From the NCBI GenBank assembly GCA_964016885.1, contig OZ024742.1, positions 203,608,001 to 203,672,000 of the forward strand: a stretch of DNA of 64,000 nucleotides, read 5' to 3'. Under the pieces are notes generated by a model. That model did no database searches, was not told the DNA's origin, and was given only the letters and a program-made list of their open reading frames with translations. Shown here piece after piece: positions 1-10,821 of this stretch (the first letter of the stretch is position 1; every line of letters begins with the position of its first letter). This DNA comes from Eledone cirrhosa (Eukaryota). Position numbers and translations under genes: made by a program.

Positions 1-2020
1 CCCTATACACCAAAGGCGCCCTGCAATTGAACAGCTCGTAGTCCACCTGGAGAACGGTCAAAGGGTGTATTTCACTGACGTTAATGCTGGTCAAATGGTG
101 GAGGAACCACGGGAAACCACCCTCACTGCATTCTTCAAACTTTGTCAGGCCGATTCATTTGCTCAAACCCTGCTGTATCCTCAGGTGTCGTCCTATTACA
201 CATGGAATAAACAACAATGGGTTCGCAGAAAGGCAGGTCAGCCTGTTGATGGACATCCTGGCATAAAGTTTGACAGTTGCCTAGGGAGAGTTTACACAGT
301 GCACCCGAACCAGCATGAGTGCTTCTAGCTCCGTCTTCTGCTACATGAGGTAAGAGGACCCCCAGTCCTTTCATGACCTTAGAACTACCGACGGTTCCAT
401 GTGCAGCACTTACAGGGAAGCTTCAAGCGCGGCCTGCTAGAAGACGGTGTGCAGTGGGATGCCACTTTATTCGAAGCTGTTGCATCTCAATCGCCTATGC
501 GCCAACGAGCTCTATTTGCAGTGCTGCTGCAACTTGTGAACTGAGTAATCCTATCTCTGTGTGGCTCAAGTATAAAGATGACTTATCTGAGGACTACAAA
601 CGTCAGGCGCAAGTGCAATACCCTGAGATGGAACGTACCAGCGACGAGATCTTCAATCTAGCATTGATTGACATAGAGGATAGAGTTGCATCACTCGGCG
701 AAAATTATTTGCCCTCATATGGTCTGCCCCAAACAATCCGTACAGGGGCAAACGTACTTCCTACAGCTCTTATCCGAGAAACGTCCTACGACGTCGATGC
801 TCTTACCAAGTACGTCCTTGAAACTGAACCACAACTTCTTCCAGACCAGCGTCATGCTTACACCATTGTTGCCGAACATGTGCGCCACAGAAAAGTAGGT
901 ATGTTCTTTCTGAATGCTCCTGCAGAGACGGGAAAAACATTTTTAACGAGACTCCTCCTTGCAAAAGTCAGGATGCACAAGGACATTGCGGTTGCTGTTG
1001 CCTCTTCTGGAATTGCTGCGACTTTGTTGCCCGGTGGCAGGACCGCACACTCCAGTTTTAAATTGCCCCTCAATTTAACAACGTCAGAAACGCCTACTTG
1101 CAGCATCAGCAAGACCTCCGACCAGGGCCAAGTCCTAAAACGATGTCAGCTCATTGTGTGAGATGAGTGCACCATGGCCCATAAGAGAACTCTGGACGCA
1201 TTAAACAGAGCTCTAAAGGACATCAGAGGTGCCAGGCTCCCATGGGAGGTGTTACGCTTCTGCTTTCGGGTTACTTCAGGCAGACTCTTCCCGTCATTGC
1301 CAAAGGCGCAAGAGCAGATGAGGTCCAAGCATGCCTAAAGTCTTCTCCTCTGTGGCGCCATGTCAGGACACTGATTCTTACAACTAACATGAGTGTTCAA
1401 TTACATGGCGACCGCGAAATTTGCACAGGACATTTTGAAACATGGCGACGGCAAAATACCTCTGGACGCTGCAGGAGAGCTGGAAGTGTGGCCATTTTCG
1501 ACCTCAATTAATTCTGTGGGGGAGCTGAAAGACAAAGTGTTTCCAGATTTGAGAGACAATTACCAGAACCACGCATGGTTGTGTGAAAGAGCAGTGCTAG
1601 CTCCAAAAAACGTCGCTCTTAACAAAACCAACGACCAACTACTGCACTCCCTTCCTGGTGTTCTTCACACTTACAAATCTGTTGACACGATGCCAGATCC
1701 CAATGAAGTGGTGAACTTTCCGCCAGAGTTCCTCAATTCTTTGGAGGACTACCGCTTCACATGCTTCTCCTTAAAGTTGGCACCCCTGTAATTCTTCTGC
1801 GGGTTTGGAACCAACAAGACTGTGCAACGGGACACGGCTGGCTGTAAATAAATTGATGGCACATGTAATCGAGGCAACAATCCTTTCTGGATGCGGAAAA
1901 GGTGATGATGTCTTCATTCCGAGAATTCCTCTCATTCCCTCGGGAGCAGAAATTCCGTTCACCTTCCGAAGACTCCAATTTCCGCTTCGGGTCAGTTTTG
2001 CTATGTCCATCAACAAGTCC
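1..2020 (+). mobile_element. Helitron RepHel remnant (Pif1-like helicase region), frameshifted/stop-interrupted
   Basis: Consecutive ORF pieces 65-328, 373-1161 (FFLNAPAETGKTFL Walker A; VASSGIAATLLPGGRTAHSSFKLP), 1242-1511 (GGVTLLLSGYFRQTLPV), 1393-1791 (ERAVLAPKN), 1805-2020 (TRLCNGTRL; RRLQFPLRVSFAMSINKS). Confidence 0.93.
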
Positions 2021-2024
2021 TCTT

Positions 2025-3810
2025 TCTGTAGCCGGGTTTCTGCGTGGGCGTTTATGCAGTCGTTTTGTGCGCGTCGATGTGCGCGTTTTTGTGTGCCTTC
2101 ATGTGCATTTGTACGTTTTATGATCACGTTTTGTGCGACTTTATGTGCGCGTCTTTGTGCCCTTTCATGTGCACTGTTTGTGCGTTTCATGGGCACGTTT
2201 TTATGTGGTTCTGTCCGCATGTTTCTGCGTTTTTATTATGCGCTTCTATGTGCACATTTTTGTGCGCTTTTATGTGCGCGTTTTTGTGAGCTCTCCTGTG
2301 CAATTTGTGGGCGTTTTATGTGCGCTATTGTGTGCGATTTTATGTGGGCGTTCTGTGTAATGTTAAGTGCGCGTTTTCGTGTGCTTTCACGGGCAATTTT
2401 GTGAGTTTTATATGCGCGTTTCTGTGTTCGTTTTGTGCGCTTCTATGTGCGCATTTTGTCCGCTTTTATGTGCACTTTCATACGTACCTTTTGTGCGTTT
2501 TATGTGCGCTTGTTGTGCATTATTGTGCGATTGTTGTGCATTTTTGTGCGCTTTTATGTGCGCGTTTTTGTGCAATTTTATGTGCGCGCTTTTGCTTTTA
2601 TGTACATTTTTTGTGCGTTCTATGTGCTTTTTTATGTGCGCGTTTCATGTGCACTGACTGTGCGTTTTCTGTGCTAGTTTTTTGTGTACTTCTCTATGCG
2701 CGTTTCTGCGTTCGTTTTCTGAGCTTCTAGGTGCGCAATTTTGTGCGCTTTTATGTGCACGTTTGTGTGCGCATTCATGTGCACTTTTTCTTCGTTTAAT
2801 GTGAGCGTTTTGTGCGATTTTATTGCGCGTTTCCTGCGATTTTATATGCGCGTCTTTGTGCGGTTTCATGTGCAATGATTGTGCGTTTTATGTGCACGTT
2901 TTTGTTTGAACGTTGTTGTGTGCTTCTGTATGCGCGTTTATCAGTTATTTGTGCTTCTATGTGCGCTTTTTGTGCGCTTTTACGTCCGCATTTTTGTGCT
3001 CATTCATGTGCACCTTTTGCGCGTTTTGTGTGATTTTAATGTGTGCGTTTTTGTACGCCATTTTTATGTGCGCGTTTTTGTGTGCTTTCATGTGCATTTT
3101 TTCTGCGTTTTATGTGCGCGTCTTTGTGTGCTTTCATGTACGCGTTTTATGTACGCGTTTTTTGCGTGCCTCTGTGTGCGCGTTTTTGCGTTCGTTTTGT
3201 GCGCTTCTATGTGCGCATTTTTATGCGCTTTCATGTGCATATTTTGTGCGTTTTATGTGCACTTTTGTGTGCGATTTTATGTGCGCGTCTTGTGCAATTG
3301 TATGTGCGCGATTTTCTGTTCTTTCATATGCAATTTTTGTGCGTTTTCTGCGATTTTATATCCACAACTTTGTGCGCTTTCATGTGCACTGTTTGTGCGT
3401 TTTATGTGCGTGTTTTTCTTTGCACGTTATGAGCTTCTGTTTTCGCGTTTCTGCGTTCGTTTTTTGCATTTCTATGTACGCATTTGTGTGCTTTTATGTG
3501 CGCGTCTTTGTGCGTTTTGTGTGTACGTTGTTGTGTGCCTTTTTGCGTTCGTTTTATGTGCGTGTTTTGTGCGATTTTATGTGCGTTTTCATGTGCACTT
3601 GTGCGTTTTATGTGCACTTTTGTGTGCAATTTTATGTGTGGGTTTTGTGCAATTTTATATCCGCGTTTTGTGCGCTTTTATGTGCGCGTTTTTGTGTGAT
3701 TTTATGTGCGCGTTTCATGCGGTTTTATATGCGCATTTTTGTGTGCACGTTTCTGGGTGCTTCTGTGTGCGCATTTCTGTGTTCGTTTTCGTGCGTTCTA
3801 TGTGCACTTA
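2025..3810. repeat. Degenerate T/G-rich tandem repeat built from TTTTATGTGCGCG / TTTTGTGCG-like units
   Basis: Continuous reiteration of ttttatgtgcgcg variants; the long Cys/Phe/Val ORFs here are artefacts. Confidence 0.9.
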
Positions 3811-3843
3811 AACATACACACACACATATATATATATATATAT

Positions 3844-4780
3844 CTAGGGCGGGTAAAATTCCCGAGATCCATGGACGAGTTCTCTCCAGCGGTCTCTGCC
3901 CCTCATTATCGCTGCCATGTCCTGCGTCTCCAACAGACCAGTGTCTCTCCTTAGGGCATCAACATACGTTAACCTTGGTCTTCATCTTCCATTGTGTCCA
4001 TGTAGGGGCTCCCACAGAATCACTGAGTGCAATGTCAACTCTGGATGTCGGTGAGCATGTCCAGCTAACCTAAGTCTCCTCTGTGTCACTTTTGAGCTGA
4101 CTTTTGGGAGGCTCCCATACAGCTCTGAGGTTTTCATCCTCAATGTATACTGATTAATGTTTAGAGCCATCCTCAGCATTCTCGTGTAGCACCGATCCAC
4201 CATCTGAGCGAGTTTCTTGGTCAGTGTCCAAGTCTCAGACCCGTACAGCAGCACAGACTCCACTACAGCAATGAAGAGGCTGATGTTCATGTCTTTACGA
4301 AGGTCCGACTTCCACACCGATCTCAAGCTGTGGCACGCTGCCCAGGCTTTGCTCTTCCTCTCAACCACGTCATCTTCCGTATACCCAATCTTTACTCTCA
4401 AATACAGGAAGCCCTGATGGGATGACAGACTTCTTTGAGATACTGGCTGGATTGCTCCTGGGAGATACATTGGCTCCCTACCTTTTTATCATCGTAGTGG
4501 ACTATTGTATGCGCCTTGCACTGGAGAAACACCATGACTCTGGCTTTACTGTAGCACCGACTCAGAGCAGGAGAGTTAAGGCAAAACGGTATCAGATGCT
4601 GAACTTGCCGACGACATAGTTTTGGTGACACATACAGTGAAGGAGGCAGAGGTTTTGATGCGGGAGGTTGAGACTGTGTCGATGAGTGTGGGGCTGAGAA
4701 TGAATGAGATTAAAACAAAATATCTGGTAGATAATATTGAGAAGCCAGAGGGGATCACTAATGTAGGCGGGAAGCCGCTA

Positions 4781-4783
<3 letters not shown>
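3844..4783 (-). mobile_element. 5'-truncated RTE-like LINE with inverted 5' segment
   Basis: Minus 3982-4410: ESVLLYGSETWTLT...RRLRLAGHAHRH; plus 4410-4783: SPDGMTDFFEILAGLLLGDTLAPYLF...GGKPLE; (TA)n on both sides. Confidence 0.88.
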
Positions 4784-4860
<77 letters not shown>

Positions 4861-5115
4861 TAGCAAATATAATTAGCAAATATATACTAGACAGAATTAT
4901 CCCCCAAGTTAAGGTTAAAGTAGAGATTAAACTATGGGGTAACACTCATGAAGCAATAAGATGGTTTAATAACATTACTGATAAGAAAAAAATCAAAATT
5001 TATTCAGTTTGATATTGATGAATATTATTCCTCAATTTCACCTGATACTCTACATGAAGCTCTTTCGTTCGCTAAGGATAATTCCGACCTTACGGATGCT
5101 GAAATTAAAATTATT

Positions 5116-6456
5116 ATGGAAGCGAGGAAAACTATAGTTAAATTCGATGATAGCTACTGGGTTCGCATAGATAGACCTTCTAATTTTGATATCACTATGG
5201 GTTCTAATGATTCGGCGGAAGTAACAGATCTTGTGGGAATTTATATCACCCACAGATTACAAGGAAAATTCAAGGATCTCCACGGTGGAATCTACCGTGA
5301 CGATGCGCTCCTATTAGTTAAGCATATGAGTAACCAGAATTTAGAAAGGATGCGTAAAAATATCAGAAAGCTTTTTAAGGAACTAGGATTAAATATTACA
5401 TTTGAATATAACCTCAAAGAGGTCAATTTCCTTGATGTTACTTTCAATCTCAATACAGATACGATTAAACCGTTCCATAAACTAAATGAGAACCTTAAAT
5501 ATGTAAATACGAGTTCTAACCATCCACTCTCTATAATTAAATCCATCCCTAGAAATGTTTCTCTTAGAATCTCCCGCCTGTCGTCCAACCAACAAACCTT
5601 CAAAGAACATGCCGAATATTATGATGATGCACTTAGGAAAGCCGGTCACCTAGATAATATAGAGTATATAGTCAAAGATCACCAAAACACCCAAAATAAA
5701 TCCCATAGGAGTAGAAATAGCACAGAATCACCACCATACATACACTACCGCAATAGACACAATAATAGTCGCACACCACCAAACAGAAGGCGATGTAAGG
5801 AGTATATTTGGTACAACCCGGTCTATAAAAACTCTATTAAAACCAATCTACCCTCAAAATTCTTTCGATTAGTTAAAAAACACTTTCCAACATCACATAA
5901 ATATAATAAAATTTTAAACCCTAACACTATTCGACTTTCATATTCAACCGCCCCTAATATTGAACAACATATAAAAAAGCTTAACGCAAAGCGGTTGTAT
6001 AAACGCCTTCCAACACATAACAATACACGTAAAACATTAGCTATAACATCACAAAACAACAAACAACATCCTGTCCTACATAAGCAACCTCATCAACCCA
6101 TCCATGGCAATACAACAACGCAAAATTATAATTGCAACTGTGTCCAACCAGGAATGTGTCCGTTGAACAATCAGTGTCTTGAACGCAACATCGTATACAA
6201 ATGTACTATCGAATCGGATAGACAGAAGTGGTACTATGTGGGATCTACAGCCACCTCCTTCAAATCACGCCTTTATAGACATCGTTACTCGATAAAACAT
6301 GAAAACCAGCGTTATGTAACAACACTCGCAGACAAGGCTTGGCAGCTGCGTGAAAATAACCAACAATTTCACCTAAAATGGGATATAATAGCGGCTGCCC
6401 CCCCCCCCCCCCCCCCTATTCCCATGGACAGGAATTTTGTAAATTATGTAATGTAG
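5116..6456 (+). pseudogene. PLE reverse transcriptase-GIY-YIG endonuclease ORF (partial)
   Basis: 446-aa ORF with RT YRDD motif and GIY-YIG motifs; upstream RT part (FIQFDIDEYYSSI) is in a different frame. Confidence 0.88.
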
Positions 6457-7044
6457 AATTATTTTGTATTATGAAATCCAAAAACATTTTATTAAATAAC
6501 AGAATAGAGCGATCGTTATACTGTAACCATCAAAGAAATCTACATTTTCATATTATAAATACTACCAGGATTGAACGCATGTCTCTATCCCCGTTTGATT
6601 GTCAAAATAGATATTAACATTCTTTATTAGTCTTAATTCTATCAACTCTTCTAATATTTACCTTTTAATACAAACTGCTATAGATAAAATGAGATTTCTG
6701 ATTTTTTTATTCAATTCCCTAATGCATATACCAGCTGGCCACTAGCATTGATGTTATTTAGTAGCAATCGAAATCTCCCCCTTCCCCAATTGACACTTTA
6801 TAATTAATACTACTGCACCAAATGACCAGCCCTGTCCACTGTCCAGTTGGTCAAGTAGAGATTAAAATTGGCACTCCCAAAATTCTTATTTAGATTTACT
6901 CATGGTATTCTCATTAGAAACCCATTATATACTTGTTTAGCAGTAAATTAATTTACCATCTGTCATATACTATCCCCTCTGTTTCTTCCTCTATTACTAA
7001 TATAAATACTTCAATTTTTCTGATTTTATCCAATTTATCCAAAA

Positions 7045-7160
7045 TCTCTGAAGAAGTGACAACTGATTATACATTTGCTATCGAATACTTGCTAACATTA
7101 TATGATTACGCAAGCAGCGATACATAGGTATTCAGTCTGTTACAGAAACATATGTCAATA
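7045..7160 (+). ncRNA. Degenerate hammerhead ribozyme with long stem II
   Basis: CTGAAGA(7048)-a-gtgaca..actga...tcagt..tgttac-a-GAAA(7145)-catatg-TC; stem I poor. Confidence 0.5.
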
Positions 7161-7316
7161 CCTAATAAATTCCTTTTTTAAAAAAAGCACTTTCATTTTA
7201 TTTCATCCTTTCTACATTTTCTCCGGAATATAATTTATACTCGTTGAGCAAACCTGCACGTACGCTGTTCATCTCTAACGTAACGATATATTATCACTAC
7301 ATTATTGATAACCTGA

Positions 7317-7392
<76 letters not shown>

Positions 7393-7479
7393 GTAAAGTT
7401 ATATTTAAAATTGTTGGGTTACAACTAGTAAATATTTATAACTGATATAAAAGCACTCGACAAATATTTGGAGTATATT

Positions 7480-7850
7480 TACAATATTAAATAAATGGAA
7501 AACTATATTTATAAAACCATATTTATTTCATTATATATATTTCGGGGATATCATATTAACAATATGCTATGCCTTCATCAGACAAAATACAATATAAACA
7601 GTTTTATAGATAAATATATTCGACATACCGTAATAAACATCAACTTCATTTGAAGAGGTTTACTCTGCTAGAGTAAACCTCTTCAAATGAAGTTGATGTT
7701 TATTACGGTATGTCGAATATATTTATCTATAAAACTGTTTATATTGTATTTTGTCTGATGAAGGCATAGCATATTGTTAATATGATATCCCCGAAATATA
7801 TATAATGAAATAAATATGGTTTTATAAATATAGTTTTCCATTTATTTAAT

Positions 7851-7856
<6 letters not shown>
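7480..7856. repeat. Palindrome of PLE pLTR sequence (187-bp arms, 3-nt spacer) with two HHRs (7524-7589 minus, 7747-7812 plus)
   Basis: ...gaagaggtttactct-gct-agagtaaacctcttc...; tattttgt-CTGATGA-...-GAAA-tatata-TA-atgaaata. Confidence 0.92.
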
Positions 7857-7889
<33 letters not shown>

Positions 7890-7934
7890 AAGTTAAATAA
7901 AAAGTCAAATGTTTAAAATTTAGCTTCGTTTATT

Positions 7935-7989
7935 ACTGCTATATATATTTCAGTGACAGCCATCTTTGGCTGTGACCTCTTCAGGCAGT
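7935..7989 (-). ncRNA. Type I hammerhead ribozyme (minimal, palindromic stem III)
   Basis: rc: actgc-CTGAAGA-ggtcacagcca aaga tggctgtcact-GAAA-tatata-TA-gcagt. Confidence 0.85.
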
Positions 7990-8268
7990 TTGAATTAGTG
8001 TGGTATAGACAAGTACATATGTTGTTGAGGTGTATAATTTTGTCAATACTCTGATATGCCCAGTTCCTGGTTGGGTTGTTATTTCACTGAGGAACTGGAA
8101 TCATATGAATTCAAACAAACGAATTTCAGTGTCAAAGGGCCTCTTCTCCTCTCATTGGTCAGTTATTAGAACATTCCTCATTCTAAGTGTTGTTATTGTT
8201 GGAGTTAGCTTAAAAAATTGATAAAGTGGTAGAAGGGACAAGGTGTTAAAGGAACAAAATAACAAAAA

Positions 8269-8472
8269 AAGTGTCAAACTTCCCATTGGTCAGTTCTGAG
8301 AGCATTCTTCAGTCAGAAGTCTATAGAATTCTTTCTGGGATGAGGCTCCCTGTAGTGTTTGTGTTTGTGTTTGCAAACACAAACACTACAGGGAGCCTCA
8401 CCCCAGAAAGAATTCTATAGTCTTCTGACTGAGGAATGCTCTCAGAACTGACCAATGGGAAGTTTGACACTT
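8269..8472. repeat. Near-perfect inverted repeat (~99-bp arms)
   Basis: aagtgtcaaacttcccattggtc...gtgtttg / caaacac...gaccaatgggaagtttgacactt. Confidence 0.9.
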
Positions 8473-9220
8473 AAATGTAAGAACTCTATTAATGTACGGA
8501 CGAATTTATTTAGTTCTTGTAAACATCGCCTAAATTCAACGTTTAGAACTATATATAAATTATAATTACACTTATAATATTTCTACTTATTTCCATAACA
8601 ATCTTATCCACTCTGTTTTAATATATTGTTATCTCTAAATCATATCTATAATATTTGATATAATTTCAAATCTTAAAATTGCTTAAAATATATACATATA
8701 TGATCCTAACTTTTAAATTTTTAAATTTTAATTTTAATTTTAATTTTAATTTTAATAATTTTTTTAATTCTTTAATTCTTATTTTTTATTTCTTAAATTT
8801 TTCATATAATTTTAAAATTACTTATTTTTTAAATTTACTTATCTGTTATATTTTTTTTTAATTTTCCCGAATTTTTAATATTTTTTAATAAATTGTTTTA
8901 ATATCTTTTATTAGATTTATAACTACTAACTAATTCAGGCTAAATATATCTTTCAACATTTATATCTTTAACATTTATACTTATTTTGACAAAATAGTCT
9001 CATACTAACGAATAAATATACAAAACTGGAGTTTTTGCCGTATCTTCCCAATATAAAATATATAAATATAAAAGATATAGGATTTCGCTTCAGCATAGCT
9101 TTGTACAATATGTATAAGTATTTCGTATCTCCAAGGAAATTCGGTTTTAGGAAGCCGTAGCTATGCAAACACCGGTGGGCTAACGCCCTCTGGTCATGTC
9201 CAGCAGAAGCAAGGAGGACA

Positions 9221-9264
9221 ACCGTCTATGCATTTCAGGCTTAACTGGCCTTCGTCAGGACGGT
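9221..9264 (-). ncRNA. Type I hammerhead ribozyme (minimal)
   Basis: rc: accgtc-CTGACGA-aggc cagttaa gcct-GAAA-tgca-TA-gacggt. Confidence 0.9.
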
Positions 9265-9728
9265 CCCTCCCACCGCTTGCGACTGCTGAACTAGAAGACA
9301 GCCGAGAATATATACATTTCTCGTCTGTGTAAATGAGGTGATTAATCTCATTTGCATATGAAGCTGCATAAGATGGCTCAAATTATAATAAAAAAGAAAT
9401 AGGATTTCGCTTCAAGCATAGCTTTATACAATATGTATAAGTATTTCGTATCTCCAAGGAAATACGGTTTTAGGAAGCCGTAGCTATGCAAACACCGGTG
9501 GGCTAACGCCCTCTGGTGATGTCCAGCAGAAGCAAGGGGGATACGAAATATTTATACATATTGTATGAAGCTATGCTTGAAGCGAAATCCTATTTCTTTT
9601 TTATTATAAGTTGAGCCAACTTATGCAGCTTCATATGCAAATGAGATTAATCACCTCATTTACACAAACGAGAAATGTATATATTCTCGGCTGTCTTCTA
9701 GTCCAGCAGTCGCAAGCGGGTGGGAGGG

Positions 9729-9772
9729 ACGGTCCTGACGAAGGCCAGTTAAGCCTGAAATGCATAGACGGT
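9729..9772 (+). ncRNA. Type I hammerhead ribozyme (minimal), inverted copy
   Basis: acggtc-CTGACGA-aggccagttaagcct-GAAA-tgca-TA-gacggt (one stem I mismatch). Confidence 0.85.
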
Positions 9773-10408
9773 TGTCCCCCTTGCTTCTGCTAGGCTGGAC
9801 ATCATTCCTAAAACCGTATTTCCTTGGAGATACGAAATACTTATATAAATATAAATATTCTTAACTCAGTTAACTTAATTTAATTTAACTCAATATTTAC
9901 GTACATTAAATATAAACCAATATCCCTCATTAAAACAATTATCTATAACACGATATACCCATCTATCCATCTATCTATCTATTTATCTATTTATCTATTT
10001 ATTGATTTATTTTTCTATCTATCTATTCTTCTATCTATTTATTTTTCCATTTTTTCTATCTACTTAGAATAGTAAATATTATATTAGAAAATAATTTTAA
10101 CAACTAAATAATCGTAAATATACCTACCATTAGTAGATATATACTTAAACTTTATTCCCCCATATTAACGTTACCTTAGTTCTATTCGTCCTCTTGTTAA
10201 TTTCTTCTCTCGTAATATTATTATTTTTTCTCTCTCTGTTTCTCCAGTGTCATTTAAATAAACGGTTTTTTTTCAATTATTTACATATTCATTTGCATAT
10301 TCACACATAAGTTTGAATAATCCCTAATATATTTCCACTATCCAATGAATTTCCAACCGATACGGTATGATTTTCATGGGAACGTCTCTATTTATAAAAC
10401 AAACTTTG

Positions 10409-10473
10409 TATTTTATCTGATGAAAGCGTACCAATGTTATCTTGGTTACCCTTGAAATATATATAATAAAATA
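10409..10473 (+). ncRNA. Type I hammerhead ribozyme in PLE pLTR
   Basis: tattttat-CTGATGA-aagcgtaccaa tgttatc ttggttaccctt-GAAA-tatata-TA-ataaaata. Confidence 0.87.
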
Positions 10474-10614
10474 AATATGGTTTTATAAATATAGTTTCCA
10501 TTTATTTAATATCATTGAACATTTACTCCAGTAACTTGTTGAGTCTCTAAATCAGTTATAAACATTTATGTTTGTCGGACTTCCAACAAATTAAATACAA
10601 CTTCTACTTTATAT

Positions 10615-10720
<106 letters not shown>

Positions 10721-10750
10721 AGATCAAAAGATGGTTAAAAGAGTTCCATG

Positions 10751-10821
10751 TATTTTATTATGCGCATTTCAAAAATAAATATCATCATGCAATAACATTT
10801 GCGTTTTCGTCAGATAAAATA
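10751..10821 (-). ncRNA. Type I hammerhead ribozyme in pLTR
   Basis: rc: tattttat-CTGACGA-aaac...tttt-GAAA-tgcgca-TA-ataaaata. Confidence 0.8.

Larger units (their letters stand above)
4860..7260 (+). mobile_element. Penelope-like element (Naiad-like), 5'-truncated, RT + GIY-YIG + 3' UTR
   Basis: ORF 5116-6456: FDITMGSNDSAEVTDLVG, GIYRDD, VNFLDVTFNL, CNC..CPL...CL, NIVYKC...YYVGST..FKSR..H; frameshift at poly-C ~6398-6416, continues CKLC...C.H. Confidence 0.92.
9037..9850. mobile_element. Non-coding HHR-containing module in tandem + inverted arrangement
   Basis: 9077-9215 repeated at 9399-9537; 9541-9790 is reverse complement of ~9203-9450. Confidence 0.85.
8473..10610 (+). mobile_element. 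5'-truncated PLE (last codons of ORF + AT-rich 3' UTR + pLTR), interrupted by 9037-9850 insert
   Basis: KNSINVRTNLFSSCKHRLNSTF matches C-terminus of ORF 24942-25835; pLTR with HHR at 10409. Confidence 0.75.

Noticed and set aside
1805-4073. Long Cys/Phe/Val-rich ORFs (up to 386 aa)
   Set aside because: Open in several frames because the T/G repeat lacks stops; no domain signal beyond position ~2020
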